A stretch of 26,722 nucleotides of DNA from contig CALCTW010000121.1 in assembly GCA_937907055.1 (NCBI GenBank), positions 1-26,722 on the forward strand, given 5' to 3'. The notes beneath the pieces were generated by a model. It was not told the origin of the DNA. It saw nothing but the letters and a program-made list of their open reading frames with translations, and ran no database searches. A program made the translations under genes and the position numbers. Positions within the stretch are counted from its first letter, which is position 1; every line of letters starts with the position of its first letter. This stretch comes from an uncultured Clostridia bacterium (GTDB lineage Bacteria; Bacillota; Clostridia; Christensenellales; Aristaeellaceae). This document shows, in pieces, positions 16,317-23,324 of this stretch.

Positions 16317-17984
16317 TTATTGAAGGATGAGAATATAATCGTAGACGGGCTGGCGGCCATCGATGGTGATGACCTCGGTGCGGCGGTATGCCTGCTGCAG
16401 TGAGAGCGCAAGCTGCTCCGCGGCGGCAGGATCGGCATCCGCGCCGACAAGCAGGAGCAGGACATCGAAGTGACCGGCATTCAGCTTTTCACAGAGCGAC
16501 AGCGCCGCGGCTTCCGCGTCCGGAGCATCAGTGTAGACAACATCATCGGTAAAGCCGATATGATCGCCCTTGCGGATGGTGACGCCGTCCATGACGGTAT
16601 CACGGGTGGCGGTGCTGACCATGCCGGTGACGACCGAGGAGATGATATCATTGATCTCCTCCCGGATGGCATCGGTATCGCCGGAGGAAGTATCCAGCAT
16701 GGAGAGGGCGGCATAGCCTTCCCCGATGGTACGGCTGCGGATGACACAGATGCCCGCGCCCTGATAGAGGGAGGCTGCCTGCTCCGCCGTCATGATGATA
16801 TTGCTGTTGTTGGGGAATACAAGGATGGTATCCGCGTTGACCTCCTCAAAGGCACGGAGGAAATCCTGCGCGGAGGGATTCATGCTCTGCCCGCCGTCGA
16901 TGACCTGATCAGCCCCCAGATCGAGGAAGGACTGACGGATGCCCTCACCGTTCGCGACGACAACGGTGCCGTACGCCTTGCGCGGTTTGGCCGGACGCGG
17001 CACGGCGGGATGCTTTTTATCCATCTCATTCTCATGATGCTGGAGCGTCATGTTCTCGATCTTGAGGGTGAGGAATTCACCGTACTGCTGCACAAAATTG
17101 AGGACATCGCCGGGGCGCATGGTGTGGATGTGGGTCTTGATGATGTTGCCGTCACGGAAGCAAACCAGGCTGTCGCCCATTTTTTCGAGCTGCGTGAAAA
17201 GCGCCTTTTCATCGAAGGTATCCACATCGCACTTGGCATAGGTGAGCTGGAGCAGGAATTCGGTGCAATAACCGAACTCCAGCACGGAATGCTCATTAAA
17301 GGCGGAAAGATCGACCTTCGCCGGAGCGGCAGACGCGCTGACCGCGGGCGCATAGACCGTTTCTTCACCGCGCAGGGCGGCAGTCATGCCTTCCGCGATG
17401 CAGACGAGCCCGGCGCCGCCGCTGTCCACCACACCGGCTTCCCGGAGAACGGCCAGCAATTCGGGCGTGCGATCCAGCGAAAGCTTCATTTCGGCAATCA
17501 GATCGTCAAGGTAGGCATCAAGCGCGGTCTTCCCCGTGACACGGCTGTTGGCATAGCGCACAGCGTCACGATAGACGGTGAGCATGGTGCCCTCGACCGG
17601 CTTGCTGACCGCGCCGTAGGCCTCCTCCACGCCGCGCTCCAGCGCCGCGGACAGAACGAGCGTATCCGCGCTTTCGTACCCGGACAGGCCGGCCGCGACC
17701 CCCGCGCCGATACGGCTGAGGATGACGCCGCTGTTGCCGCGCGCCCCCAGCAGCATGTGCCGCGCGGCAGCCTCCGCCGCCTTGCCCAGCGTCAGTTCCT
17801 CCAGCGCATTGGAATTGGACGCGGCCGCGTCCAGCGTCATGAACATATTATCGCCCGTATCGCCGTCCGGCACGGGAAAAACGTTGAGTTCGTTTACCAT
17901 GACGCGCTGATCGCCGAGCCCTTTCGCGCCTCCGCGAAGAAGGCGGGCCAGCAATTTCGCGTCAAGACACTGAACCGGTTCCAT
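16317..17984 (-). CDS. DAK2-domain fusion protein, YloV/FakA-like (paralog 2)
   Basis: 555 aa. Contains LNVFPVPDGDTGDNM (Dak2 phosphate-binding motif), ARGNSGVILS, and the C-terminal VFPNNSNIIMTAEQAA DegV-like/FakA_C block. RBS GAGGGGA lies inside the upstream gene. Confidence 0.9.
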   Translation of the reverse strand: MEPVQCLDAKLLARLLRGGAKGLGDQRVMVNELNVFPVPDGDTGDNMFMTLDAAASNSNALEELTLGKAAEAAARHMLLGARGNSGVILSRIGAGVAAGLSGYESADTLVLSAALERGVEEAYGAVSKPVEGTMLTVYRDAVRYANSRVTGKTALDAYLDDLIAEMKLSLDRTPELLAVLREAGVVDSGGAGLVCIAEGMTAALRGEETVYAPAVSASAAPAKVDLSAFNEHSVLEFGYCTEFLLQLTYAKCDVDTFDEKALFTQLEKMGDSLVCFRDGNIIKTHIHTMRPGDVLNFVQQYGEFLTLKIENMTLQHHENEMDKKHPAVPRPAKPRKAYGTVVVANGEGIRQSFLDLGADQVIDGGQSMNPSAQDFLRAFEEVNADTILVFPNNSNIIMTAEQAASLYQGAGICVIRSRTIGEGYAALSMLDTSSGDTDAIREEINDIISSVVTGMVSTATRDTVMDGVTIRKGDHIGFTDDVVYTDAPDAEAAALSLCEKLNAGHFDVLLLLVGADADPAAAEQLALSLQQAYRRTEVITIDGRQPVYDYILILQ

Positions 17985-18609
17985 GTTTTATCCCCTCACT
18001 TTGATCATCATTGTTATTCTTACCGGTGGGGATGAGCCGCATCATCCGGCTGATAGTGCTGCTGATCCAACCCGGTGTTTTCGCCGACTCCTCCGCGATC
18101 ACACGCGTCTCCTCCGGCTGGAGCCGGGAAGCGATCTGACGCAGAAGCGGATCGGTGACATAATTTTTCCCCACAGCCTTGAAGACCTGCACAAGCAGGA
18201 CGACCGGGCCGGACAGACTGCGGAACGCCCCGAGAGAAGCGTGACGGAAGGCGATGCGCACTCCCTCCACCTCATATTCACGGCTGGTGCCATCGGTGAG
18301 ATAGGTCCAGACCGCGGGGGCCTCCGAACGAAGGCCGTAAAGATAAAGCACCGTTTCCCCCGACGGGATGATGTACCAGGAATTCGCGCGGCCGATGGCC
18401 TTCGCGATCCTCTCCGGCGGAAGCGCGGAAGCATCCGCGCGGCAGAAAATGCCGCGGTAGAGCTTGCGCACCTGACCGTCATAGCAAAGGCGCATCATGA
18501 CCTTGGAGACTGTTTTGACCTCCGCGAGATCTTCAAAATCGGACAGAGTGAAGACCTGCTGCGGATGCATGGACCGGATCCGCGATTCGATGCTGTTATG
18601 GATGCTCAC
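17962..18609 (-). CDS. DUF6088 / AbiEi-antitoxin-like winged-helix protein (orphan; no AbiEii partner)
   Basis: ORF 17962..18879 is trimmed to GTG 18609, downstream of GGAAGGAGGAGAG. An alternative start is ATG 18570. VSIHNSIESRIRSMHPQQVFTLSDFEDLAEVKTVSKVMMRLCYDGQVRKLYRGIF...IIPSGETVLYLYGLRSEAPAVWTYLTDGTSREYEVEGVRIAFRH...LLVQVFKAVGKNYV follows the DUF6088 layout as I remember it. Its last 23 nt overlap the start of DAK2 paralog 2. Confidence 0.7.
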   Translation of the reverse strand: MSIHNSIESRIRSMHPQQVFTLSDFEDLAEVKTVSKVMMRLCYDGQVRKLYRGIFCRADASALPPERIAKAIGRANSWYIIPSGETVLYLYGLRSEAPAVWTYLTDGTSREYEVEGVRIAFRHASLGAFRSLSGPVVLLVQVFKAVGKNYVTDPLLRQIASRLQPEETRVIAEESAKTPGWISSTISRMMRLIPTGKNNNDDQSEGIKHGTGSVS

Positions 18610-18646
18610 AGGCTCTTCTCTCCTCCTTCCGTGCCGTGACCGGCGA

Positions 18647-18680
18647 CGAAAAATATATACTTTTTTCGACAAAATGTCAA
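18647..18680 (-). promoter_or_regulatory. consensus-like promoter (TTGACA-17-TATATT) with an inverted repeat CGAAAAA-N8-TTTTTCG over the -10
   Basis: Minus strand reads TTGACA (18680..18675), a 17-nt spacer, then TATATT (18657..18652). The inverted-repeat arms at 18647..18653 and 18662..18668 bracket the -10 element, making a candidate operator. Confidence 0.65.
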
Positions 18681-18773
18681 GCAAAACCGACAGACGCGCG
18701 TGAAGGGCAGCGATATCTGTATGACGCGGGCTCCCCCCGCGCGGGCGAAGGCACGGGAAGGGCCGGAAAAGCA

Positions 18774-18802
18774 CATAAAAAAAACCCGCCGGAAGGCGGG
18801 CT
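18774..18802 (-). terminator. strong intrinsic terminator after DAK2 paralog 1
   Basis: CCCGCC (18785..18790) pairs with GGCGGG (18795..18800) around a GGAA loop. On the minus strand it is followed by TTTTTTTTAT. Confidence 0.85.
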
Positions 18803-18815
18803 TTGAACGGGCGGA

Positions 18816-20471
18816 TCACTCCACCGCGATGAGATAATAGTAAAGCGGCTGGCCGCCCTCGCGGGCTTCCACTTCGCAATCGGGATACTTTTCCTGGATC
18901 TCCGCGGCGAGCGCTTCGGCATCCTCCGCTGAGGTATCGGCACCGTAGTAGATGGTGATGAGCGCGTCATCATCGGTGACGATGGATTCCGTAAGGAGGA
19001 TGGCGACATCGTGGACACTGTCGGACTTGAAGGTGACAGCGCCGTTGGAAAGACCGATGATATCGCCCTGCTGGATGTGGAGATTTTCAAACTCGCTGTC
19101 ACGCACGGCGTAGGTGATCATGCCGGTGCGGACACGCTCCGCCGCTTCGGTCATCGCTGCGATATTGCTTTCGGCATCCATATCGGGCACGAAGGCCACG
19201 ACCGCGGCAATGCCCATGGCCACATTCTTGGTGGGCAGGACATAGACCTTCTTATCCGTGCACATGGCGGCAGCCTGCTGCGCGGCGAGGATGATATTGC
19301 CGTTATTGGGGAAGACGAAGACGCTTTCGGCGTTGATGCGGTCGATAGCGTTGCTGATGTCCTCGATGGAGGGGTTCATGGTCTGACCGCCCTCAACGAT
19401 CTCATCCACACTCATATCCTTGAGCAGCGCGGAGAAGCCGCTGCCGAGGGAAACACTGACCATACCGTAGGGCTTGGCAGGCTCGTTCTTTTTCTTTTCG
19501 GCTTCGGCGGCACGCTCCGCTTCGCGGCGGATGGCCTGAATGTTGATGATCTCGACATCCACGATCTCACCCAGATCCAGCGCGTACTGGAGCGCCTTGT
19601 CGGGCTCATTGGTGTGGACGTGAACGATGATATTGCCTTCCGTCTGCTCGATATTCACGCGGTCACCCACGCGGTTCATCTGACGGCGCAGCATGACGAC
19701 CTCCGCCTCACCGACATCCTCCGGCAGCTCCGTGATACGGAAAGCGGCGTGATAGATGTTATTGAGGTTGCGGATGGCATCGTGATCATCCTTGAAGGAG
19801 TTGTCCTCGACTTCACCAGCGGACTCGTCAGTGAGATCGGGGATCTTTTCACCGCGGAGGACCGCGGCATAACCGGTGTAGATGAGCAGCAGACCCTTAC
19901 CGCCGGCATCGACAACGCCGGCCTGCTTGAGGGCGGGCAGCATTTCCTGCGTGCGCTTGAGGATCTCCTCACCGGTGGTGAGAATGACACGGAAAAGGGC
20001 ATCGTAATCATTGGGCGCCATTTCCGCCTGCTTGATGGCATCCTCCGCGATCACACGGGCGACGGTGAGGATGGTGCCTTCCTTGGGCTTCATGACGGCC
20101 TTGTAGGCAGTCTCCGCGCCGCGCTTGAGCGCTTCGGCGAACTGGACGGGGGTGATCTTCTCCACACCGGCGAGGGCCTTGGAGAAGCCGCGGAACAGCT
20201 GACTGGTGATAACACCGCTGTTGCCGCGGGCACCGCGCAGCGCGCCCTTGGCCAGAGCGGCGGCGGCCTCATCGGCACGGGTAAATTCCTTGGTGTTCAC
20301 TTCACGGGTGGCGCTGGACATGGTGAGGCTCATGTTGGTACCGGTATCGCCGTCCGGCACGGGGAAAACATTGAGCGCGTCTACCATCTCACGCTTCTGT
20401 TCAAGCAGCGTGGCACCCGCGATGACCATCTCTCTTAACAGAAGGCCATCGATCTCTTGTACATTGATCAA
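18816..20471 (-). CDS. DAK2-domain fusion protein, YloV/FakA-like (paralog 1)
   Basis: 551 aa. The start codon is TTG (20471..20469), 7 nt after GGAGGA. Contains LNVFPVPDGDTGTNM, ARGNSGVITS and VFPNNGNIILAAQQAA. It sits directly downstream of the asp23-like gene, as in the Firmicutes yloU-yloV arrangement. Confidence 0.9.
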   Translation of the reverse strand: MINVQEIDGLLLREMVIAGATLLEQKREMVDALNVFPVPDGDTGTNMSLTMSSATREVNTKEFTRADEAAAALAKGALRGARGNSGVITSQLFRGFSKALAGVEKITPVQFAEALKRGAETAYKAVMKPKEGTILTVARVIAEDAIKQAEMAPNDYDALFRVILTTGEEILKRTQEMLPALKQAGVVDAGGKGLLLIYTGYAAVLRGEKIPDLTDESAGEVEDNSFKDDHDAIRNLNNIYHAAFRITELPEDVGEAEVVMLRRQMNRVGDRVNIEQTEGNIIVHVHTNEPDKALQYALDLGEIVDVEIINIQAIRREAERAAEAEKKKNEPAKPYGMVSVSLGSGFSALLKDMSVDEIVEGGQTMNPSIEDISNAIDRINAESVFVFPNNGNIILAAQQAAAMCTDKKVYVLPTKNVAMGIAAVVAFVPDMDAESNIAAMTEAAERVRTGMITYAVRDSEFENLHIQQGDIIGLSNGAVTFKSDSVHDVAILLTESIVTDDDALITIYYGADTSAEDAEALAAEIQEKYPDCEVEAREGGQPLYYYLIAVE

Positions 20472-20495
20472 ATGTGTGTCCTCCGATCTGCCTGA

Positions 20496-20852
20496 TTAAA
20501 TGCGGATCCCGTCTACGGTGATATTGACCGCGCGGACCTTGGCACCCGTCATGCTTTCGAGCTTGTAACGGACGACTTCGACCATCGTCTTGCAGACTTC
20601 AGCAACAGAGATGCCATATTCAACAATGATATACAGATCAACATCGAGCTGATCCCCTTCAACGAGGTGAATGGAGACGCCCTTGGAAAGATTCTCCCTG
20701 CCCAGCCACTGCACAAGACCATCCTTGGCGCGCTGACGGGAAGACATGGCAACAATGCCATAGCATTCAAGCGCGGCATAACCGACCAGCTTGAGCATGA
20801 CATCTTCATCGATAAAGATGGTGCCGTTTTCATTGGTCACTTTATATTCCAT
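20496..20852 (-). CDS. Asp23/Gls24-family envelope-stress protein (YloU-like)
   Basis: The ORF is trimmed to ATG 20852, with RBS GGGAGG. MEYKVTNENGTIFIDEDVMLKLVGYAALECYGIVAM...VDLYIIVEYGISVAEVCKTMVEVVRYKLESMTGAKVRAVNITVDGI is a typical Asp23 fold signature. Confidence 0.88.
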   Translation of the reverse strand: MEYKVTNENGTIFIDEDVMLKLVGYAALECYGIVAMSSRQRAKDGLVQWLGRENLSKGVSIHLVEGDQLDVDLYIIVEYGISVAEVCKTMVEVVRYKLESMTGAKVRAVNITVDGIRI

Positions 20853-20911
20853 ACTGATACCTCCCTTTTTGCGGGTAGACAACATGAGCATAGTTGCCCA
20901 TGCTTATATGT

Positions 20912-20940
20912 AGTATACAAGATTTCCGCATTTCTTGCAA
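20912..20940 (-). promoter_or_regulatory. sigma-70-type promoter for asp23-DAK2 paralog 1 (TTGCAA-17-TATACT)
   Basis: Minus strand reads TTGCAA (20940..20935), an exact 17-nt spacer, then TATACT (20917..20912). Confidence 0.65.
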
Positions 20941-21012
20941 GTATAAATGTAAACGGCAGAGGGAGAGGCGGCAAAGAAGGCAAGGGCAAAGCAGCCGAAA
21001 GGAGACAAAAGG

Positions 21013-21041
21013 TTGACAGACAGACTGTAAGCGCATAATAT
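21013..21041 (+). promoter_or_regulatory. sigma-70-type promoter for the lipoprotein gene (TTGACA-17-TAATAT)
   Basis: TTGACA is at 21013..21018, with a 17-nt spacer and TAATAT at 21036..21041, about 40 nt upstream of ATG 21082. Confidence 0.65.
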
Positions 21042-21081
21042 ATGACCATAGAAAAACTTAAAAAGAAGGGAATAGAAAACG

Positions 21082-21555
21082 ATGAAACGGAAATACGGAA
21101 TTCTGATCCTGTTCTGCGCCGCGATGCTTCTCCTGTCCGCCTGCGGCAGCCAGACAGGCCTGATGGACATCAAGCCCGGGATGACCCGGACTGAGATCGA
21201 ATCCAAAATGGGACAGCCGGTGTATACGCACGTATACACACAGGTATATGAATGTCATTATCCGCTGACCTTCAACGGTACAAAAGGCCGGGTGTTCATC
21301 ACTTATGAAAGCAAAGACCCTTCCGCGCCGATCCGCAGCTATTGGGAACAGGGCAACACCTGCAGGATCGGCATTGAATGGTATGCCGAGCCTTATCCGG
21401 AAGCGGATGATCTGGACGCGAAGATCGACCGGGACATGGAAAAGCTGCGCGAATACCTGCAAAAAACTTACGGAGACCGCTATACCGATCTGTATGAGGT
21501 GACATGCACCTATAATTCGGACGGCGCGTGCGCCGGGATCCGTTTCCTGTACTGA
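21082..21555 (+). CDS. hypothetical lipoprotein
   Basis: The signal peptide MKRKYGILILFCAAMLLLSAC carries a canonical lipobox (L-S-A-C). I recognise no family for the mature part. Confidence 0.7.
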   Translation: MKRKYGILILFCAAMLLLSACGSQTGLMDIKPGMTRTEIESKMGQPVYTHVYTQVYECHYPLTFNGTKGRVFITYESKDPSAPIRSYWEQGNTCRIGIEWYAEPYPEADDLDAKIDRDMEKLREYLQKTYGDRYTDLYEVTCTYNSDGACAGIRFLY

Positions 21556-21591
21556 CAGAACATAACGACCGGTCCCGGTGACGGGATCCTG

Positions 21592-21620
21592 ACCGCGGGG
21601 CAAGCCCGCGGTTCTTTTTT
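21592..21620 (+). terminator. intrinsic terminator of the lipoprotein gene
   Basis: ACCGCGGG (21592..21599) pairs with CCCGCGGT (21605..21612), followed by TCTTTTTT. Confidence 0.8.
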
Positions 21621-21625
21621 AATAC

Positions 21626-21650
21626 AAAAAACCGCCCCCGAAGGGACGGC
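21626..21650 (-). terminator. intrinsic terminator of the DUF4190 gene
   Basis: On the minus strand, CCGTCCC-TTCG-GGGGCGG (one G-U pair) is followed by TTTTTTGTATT. Confidence 0.7.
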
Positions 21651-21674
21651 CGATGATCCGCAAGGAAATGCAGA

Positions 21675-21971
21675 TCAATAGTAGAGACGATAGGAATAGG
21701 TAGGCGCGGAGCTGAAAATAACAGCAACACCGGCGATGATCAGGATCAGGAAGAGCGCGCCGACAACGATGCCGATGATGCTCATGATCTTACCGGCCTT
21801 GCAGAAGCCCTTGCAGCGGGCGTTGACATTGCCGGACTTGGCGAAGACCAGAGAAATGATGCCGAAGATGATACCGACACCATAGCACCAGCACAGTGTG
21901 AGAGACACGATGCCGAAGATCATGGACAGAATCGCCTTTACAGACGGCTTCTCATTGACGTTGTTTTCCAT
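21675..21971 (-). CDS. small DUF4190-type membrane protein (98 aa, no zinc ribbon)
   Basis: The ORF is trimmed to ATG 21971, with RBS GAGGGGG. MENNVNEKPSVKAILSMIFGIVSLTLCWCYGVGIIFGIISLVFAKSG... has two hydrophobic hairpins and a Tyr-rich tail, YSYRLYY. Confidence 0.7.
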   Translation of the reverse strand: MENNVNEKPSVKAILSMIFGIVSLTLCWCYGVGIIFGIISLVFAKSGNVNARCKGFCKAGKIMSIIGIVVGALFLILIIAGVAVIFSSAPTYSYRLYY

Positions 21972-22019
21972 AGGAAATAATCCCCCTCTTAAAGTATTAC
22001 ACATATGTGTGTCATGTAC

Positions 22020-22047
22020 ATTATAAACGTAACCGTTCAAATGTCAA
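22020..22047 (-). promoter_or_regulatory. consensus promoter (TTGACA-16-TATAAT) for the 98-aa gene, followed by the 12-bp palindrome ACACATATGTGT
   Basis: Minus strand reads TTGACA (22047..22042), a 16-nt spacer, then TATAAT (22025..22020). The perfect palindrome at 21999..22010 sits at about +3 to +15. Confidence 0.65.
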
Positions 22048-22092
22048 GCACATTTTTCACGCGGTCAGCCGCTTCGTCAGAACAGAAAAGCG

Positions 22093-22512
22093 TCAGTAAA
22101 TGACACCGTAAGTGGGGACACTGGCGACCACCGCGACGATGATGGCGATATAGATCACCCAGAAGATGGTCATGCCGATGGACACGCCCAGACCCACGCG
22201 GCTGAGGATATACGCGACGCGGCACTTGGCAAAGTAACCGCCGTTCGCCTCGCGGGCCTGCGTGGCCTTCTTTTTGCCGATGATGGCGAAGATGATGCCC
22301 AGAATGCCGAGCACGGGGAATTCGGAAAAAACAAGAGACAGGATGGCGTATTTGAGCGCGGAGGAAGCCAGCGCGTAATTCTCTTCGGAAGGCTGTGCCG
22401 GCGCGGAAGTGACAGAAGAAGAGAGGACAGACGCGCCGGTCCGCGCCGTGCCGCAATTGGGACAGAAGACGGCTTCGTCGCTCATGGGCTGACCGCATTT
22501 TGAACAGAACAT
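22093..22512 (-). CDS. zinc-ribbon + DUF4190-type membrane protein (139 aa), paralog A
   Basis: The N-terminal zinc ribbon is MFCSKCGQPMSDEAVFCPNCG (CxxC...CxxC). It is followed by a Ser/Ala/Pro linker and two TM hairpins, ILSLVFSEFPVLGILGIIFAIIGKKKA... RBS is AAGGAGGAA. Confidence 0.8.
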   Translation of the reverse strand: MFCSKCGQPMSDEAVFCPNCGTARTGASVLSSSVTSAPAQPSEENYALASSALKYAILSLVFSEFPVLGILGIIFAIIGKKKATQAREANGGYFAKCRVAYILSRVGLGVSIGMTIFWVIYIAIIVAVVASVPTYGVIY

Positions 22513-22571
22513 GGTATTCCTCCTTGTAGTGCATGTGATAATGGATGGATCCGTATGCCGGATGCAGGATC

Positions 22572-22600
22572 ATTGTAAGACAGAGAAGACCGGATGTCAA
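22572..22600 (-). promoter_or_regulatory. promoter of paralog A (TTGACA-17-TACAAT)
   Basis: Minus strand reads TTGACA (22600..22595), a 17-nt spacer, then TACAAT (22577..22572). The leader carries an ATCCG-GCATA-CGGAT hairpin. Confidence 0.65.
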
Positions 22601-22630
22601 TGAAGGCGGAACGGAACCATCGGGAGCGAA

Positions 22631-22654
22631 GAAAAAACCGCCCCGGAGGGCGGC
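22631..22654 (-). terminator. intrinsic terminator of paralog B
   Basis: CCGCCC (22638..22643) pairs with GGGCGG (22648..22653). On the minus strand it is followed by TTTTTTC. The sequence is homologous to the terminator at 21626..21650. Confidence 0.7.
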
Positions 22655-22690
22655 TGATGATCCTGGACGCGCAACGCGTAAGGAAAGGGA

Positions 22691-23128
22691 TCAATAGTAG
22701 TAACGATAGGTGTAACGCACGTTGCCGGCGCTGGAAACGATGCCCACGATAGCAAGGATATAGACAGGCCAGAAGATGGTCATGCCGATGGAGATGCCAA
22801 GACCCACGCAGCTGAGAATGTAGGCCGTGCGGCACTTGGCAAAGTAGCCGCCAAAGCTGCCGCGGGCCTGATTGGCCTTCTTCTTGCCGATGACACCGAA
22901 GATGATGCCGAGAATGCTGAGCACGGGCATCCAGCTGAAGACCAGGGAGAGAATACCGAACTTGAGCGCGGAGGAAGCCAGCGCGTAATCCTCAGCGGAG
23001 GGCTGACTCTGCGCGGGCGTGACAGCGGAAGAAGTGGTAACTGTGCCGAACTTGGCCTGGGCCGTGCCGCAGTTGGGGCAGAAAACGGTTTCGTCGCTCA
23101 TGGACTGACCGCATTTTGAACAGAACAT
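22691..23128 (-). CDS. zinc-ribbon + DUF4190-type membrane protein (145 aa), paralog B
   Basis: MFCSKCGQSMSDETVFCPNCG, then ILSLVFSWMPVLSILGIIFGVIGKKKA..., ending in RYTYRYYY. RBS is AAGGAGGAA. Confidence 0.8.
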   Translation of the reverse strand: MFCSKCGQSMSDETVFCPNCGTAQAKFGTVTTSSAVTPAQSQPSAEDYALASSALKFGILSLVFSWMPVLSILGIIFGVIGKKKANQARGSFGGYFAKCRTAYILSCVGLGISIGMTIFWPVYILAIVGIVSSAGNVRYTYRYYY

Positions 23129-23178
23129 GATGTTCCTCCTTGTGATGATGAATGGGATCCGTTGCCGGATGCAGGGAT

Positions 23179-23207
23179 ATTGTAAGACAGAGCGGAAGGG
23201 ATGTCAA
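23179..23207 (-). promoter_or_regulatory. promoter of paralog B (TTGACA-17-TACAAT)
   Basis: Minus strand reads TTGACA (23207..23202), a 17-nt spacer, then TACAAT (23184..23179). The leader hairpin is ATCCG-GCAA-CGGAT. Confidence 0.65.
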
Positions 23208-23243
23208 TGAAGACGGACTGAAAACCAACAAAACGCGTCTGAT

Positions 23244-23272
23244 TTGACAGAAAAAGCGCGCGCGCATATAAT
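23244..23272 (+). promoter_or_regulatory. perfect consensus promoter (TTGACA-17-TATAAT) for the divergent zinc-ribbon gene
   Basis: TTGACA is at 23244..23249, with a 17-nt spacer and TATAAT at 23267..23272. It lies 36 bp from the divergent paralog-B -35 element. Confidence 0.7.
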
Positions 23273-23324
23273 AAGAAAAGGGAATGAGCCGGGATCATGG
23301 CTTATTCCGCAGGAGGAAAGAACG

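Larger units (their letters stand above)
22093..22610 (-). repeat. tandem duplication unit A (CDS + leader + promoter)
   Basis: It aligns by eye with 22691..23215 across the CDS (about 70% aa identity), the RBS region, the leader hairpin and the promoter. For example, attgtaagacagag..gg.atgtcaatgaag is shared by both. Confidence 0.75.
22691..23215 (-). repeat. tandem duplication unit B (CDS + leader + promoter)
   Basis: See unit A. The 3' end and terminator of unit B instead resemble those of the 98-aa gene (AAAAAACCGCCCC...GATGATCC...GATCAATAGTA). Confidence 0.75.

Noticed and set aside
17962-18815. The DUF6088 gene as part of an inserted mobile element or complete type IV toxin-antitoxin cassette.
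   Set aside because: There are no flanking direct or inverted repeats, no integrase or transposase, and no AbiEii-like nucleotidyltransferase ORF on either strand. GC content and codon style look native.
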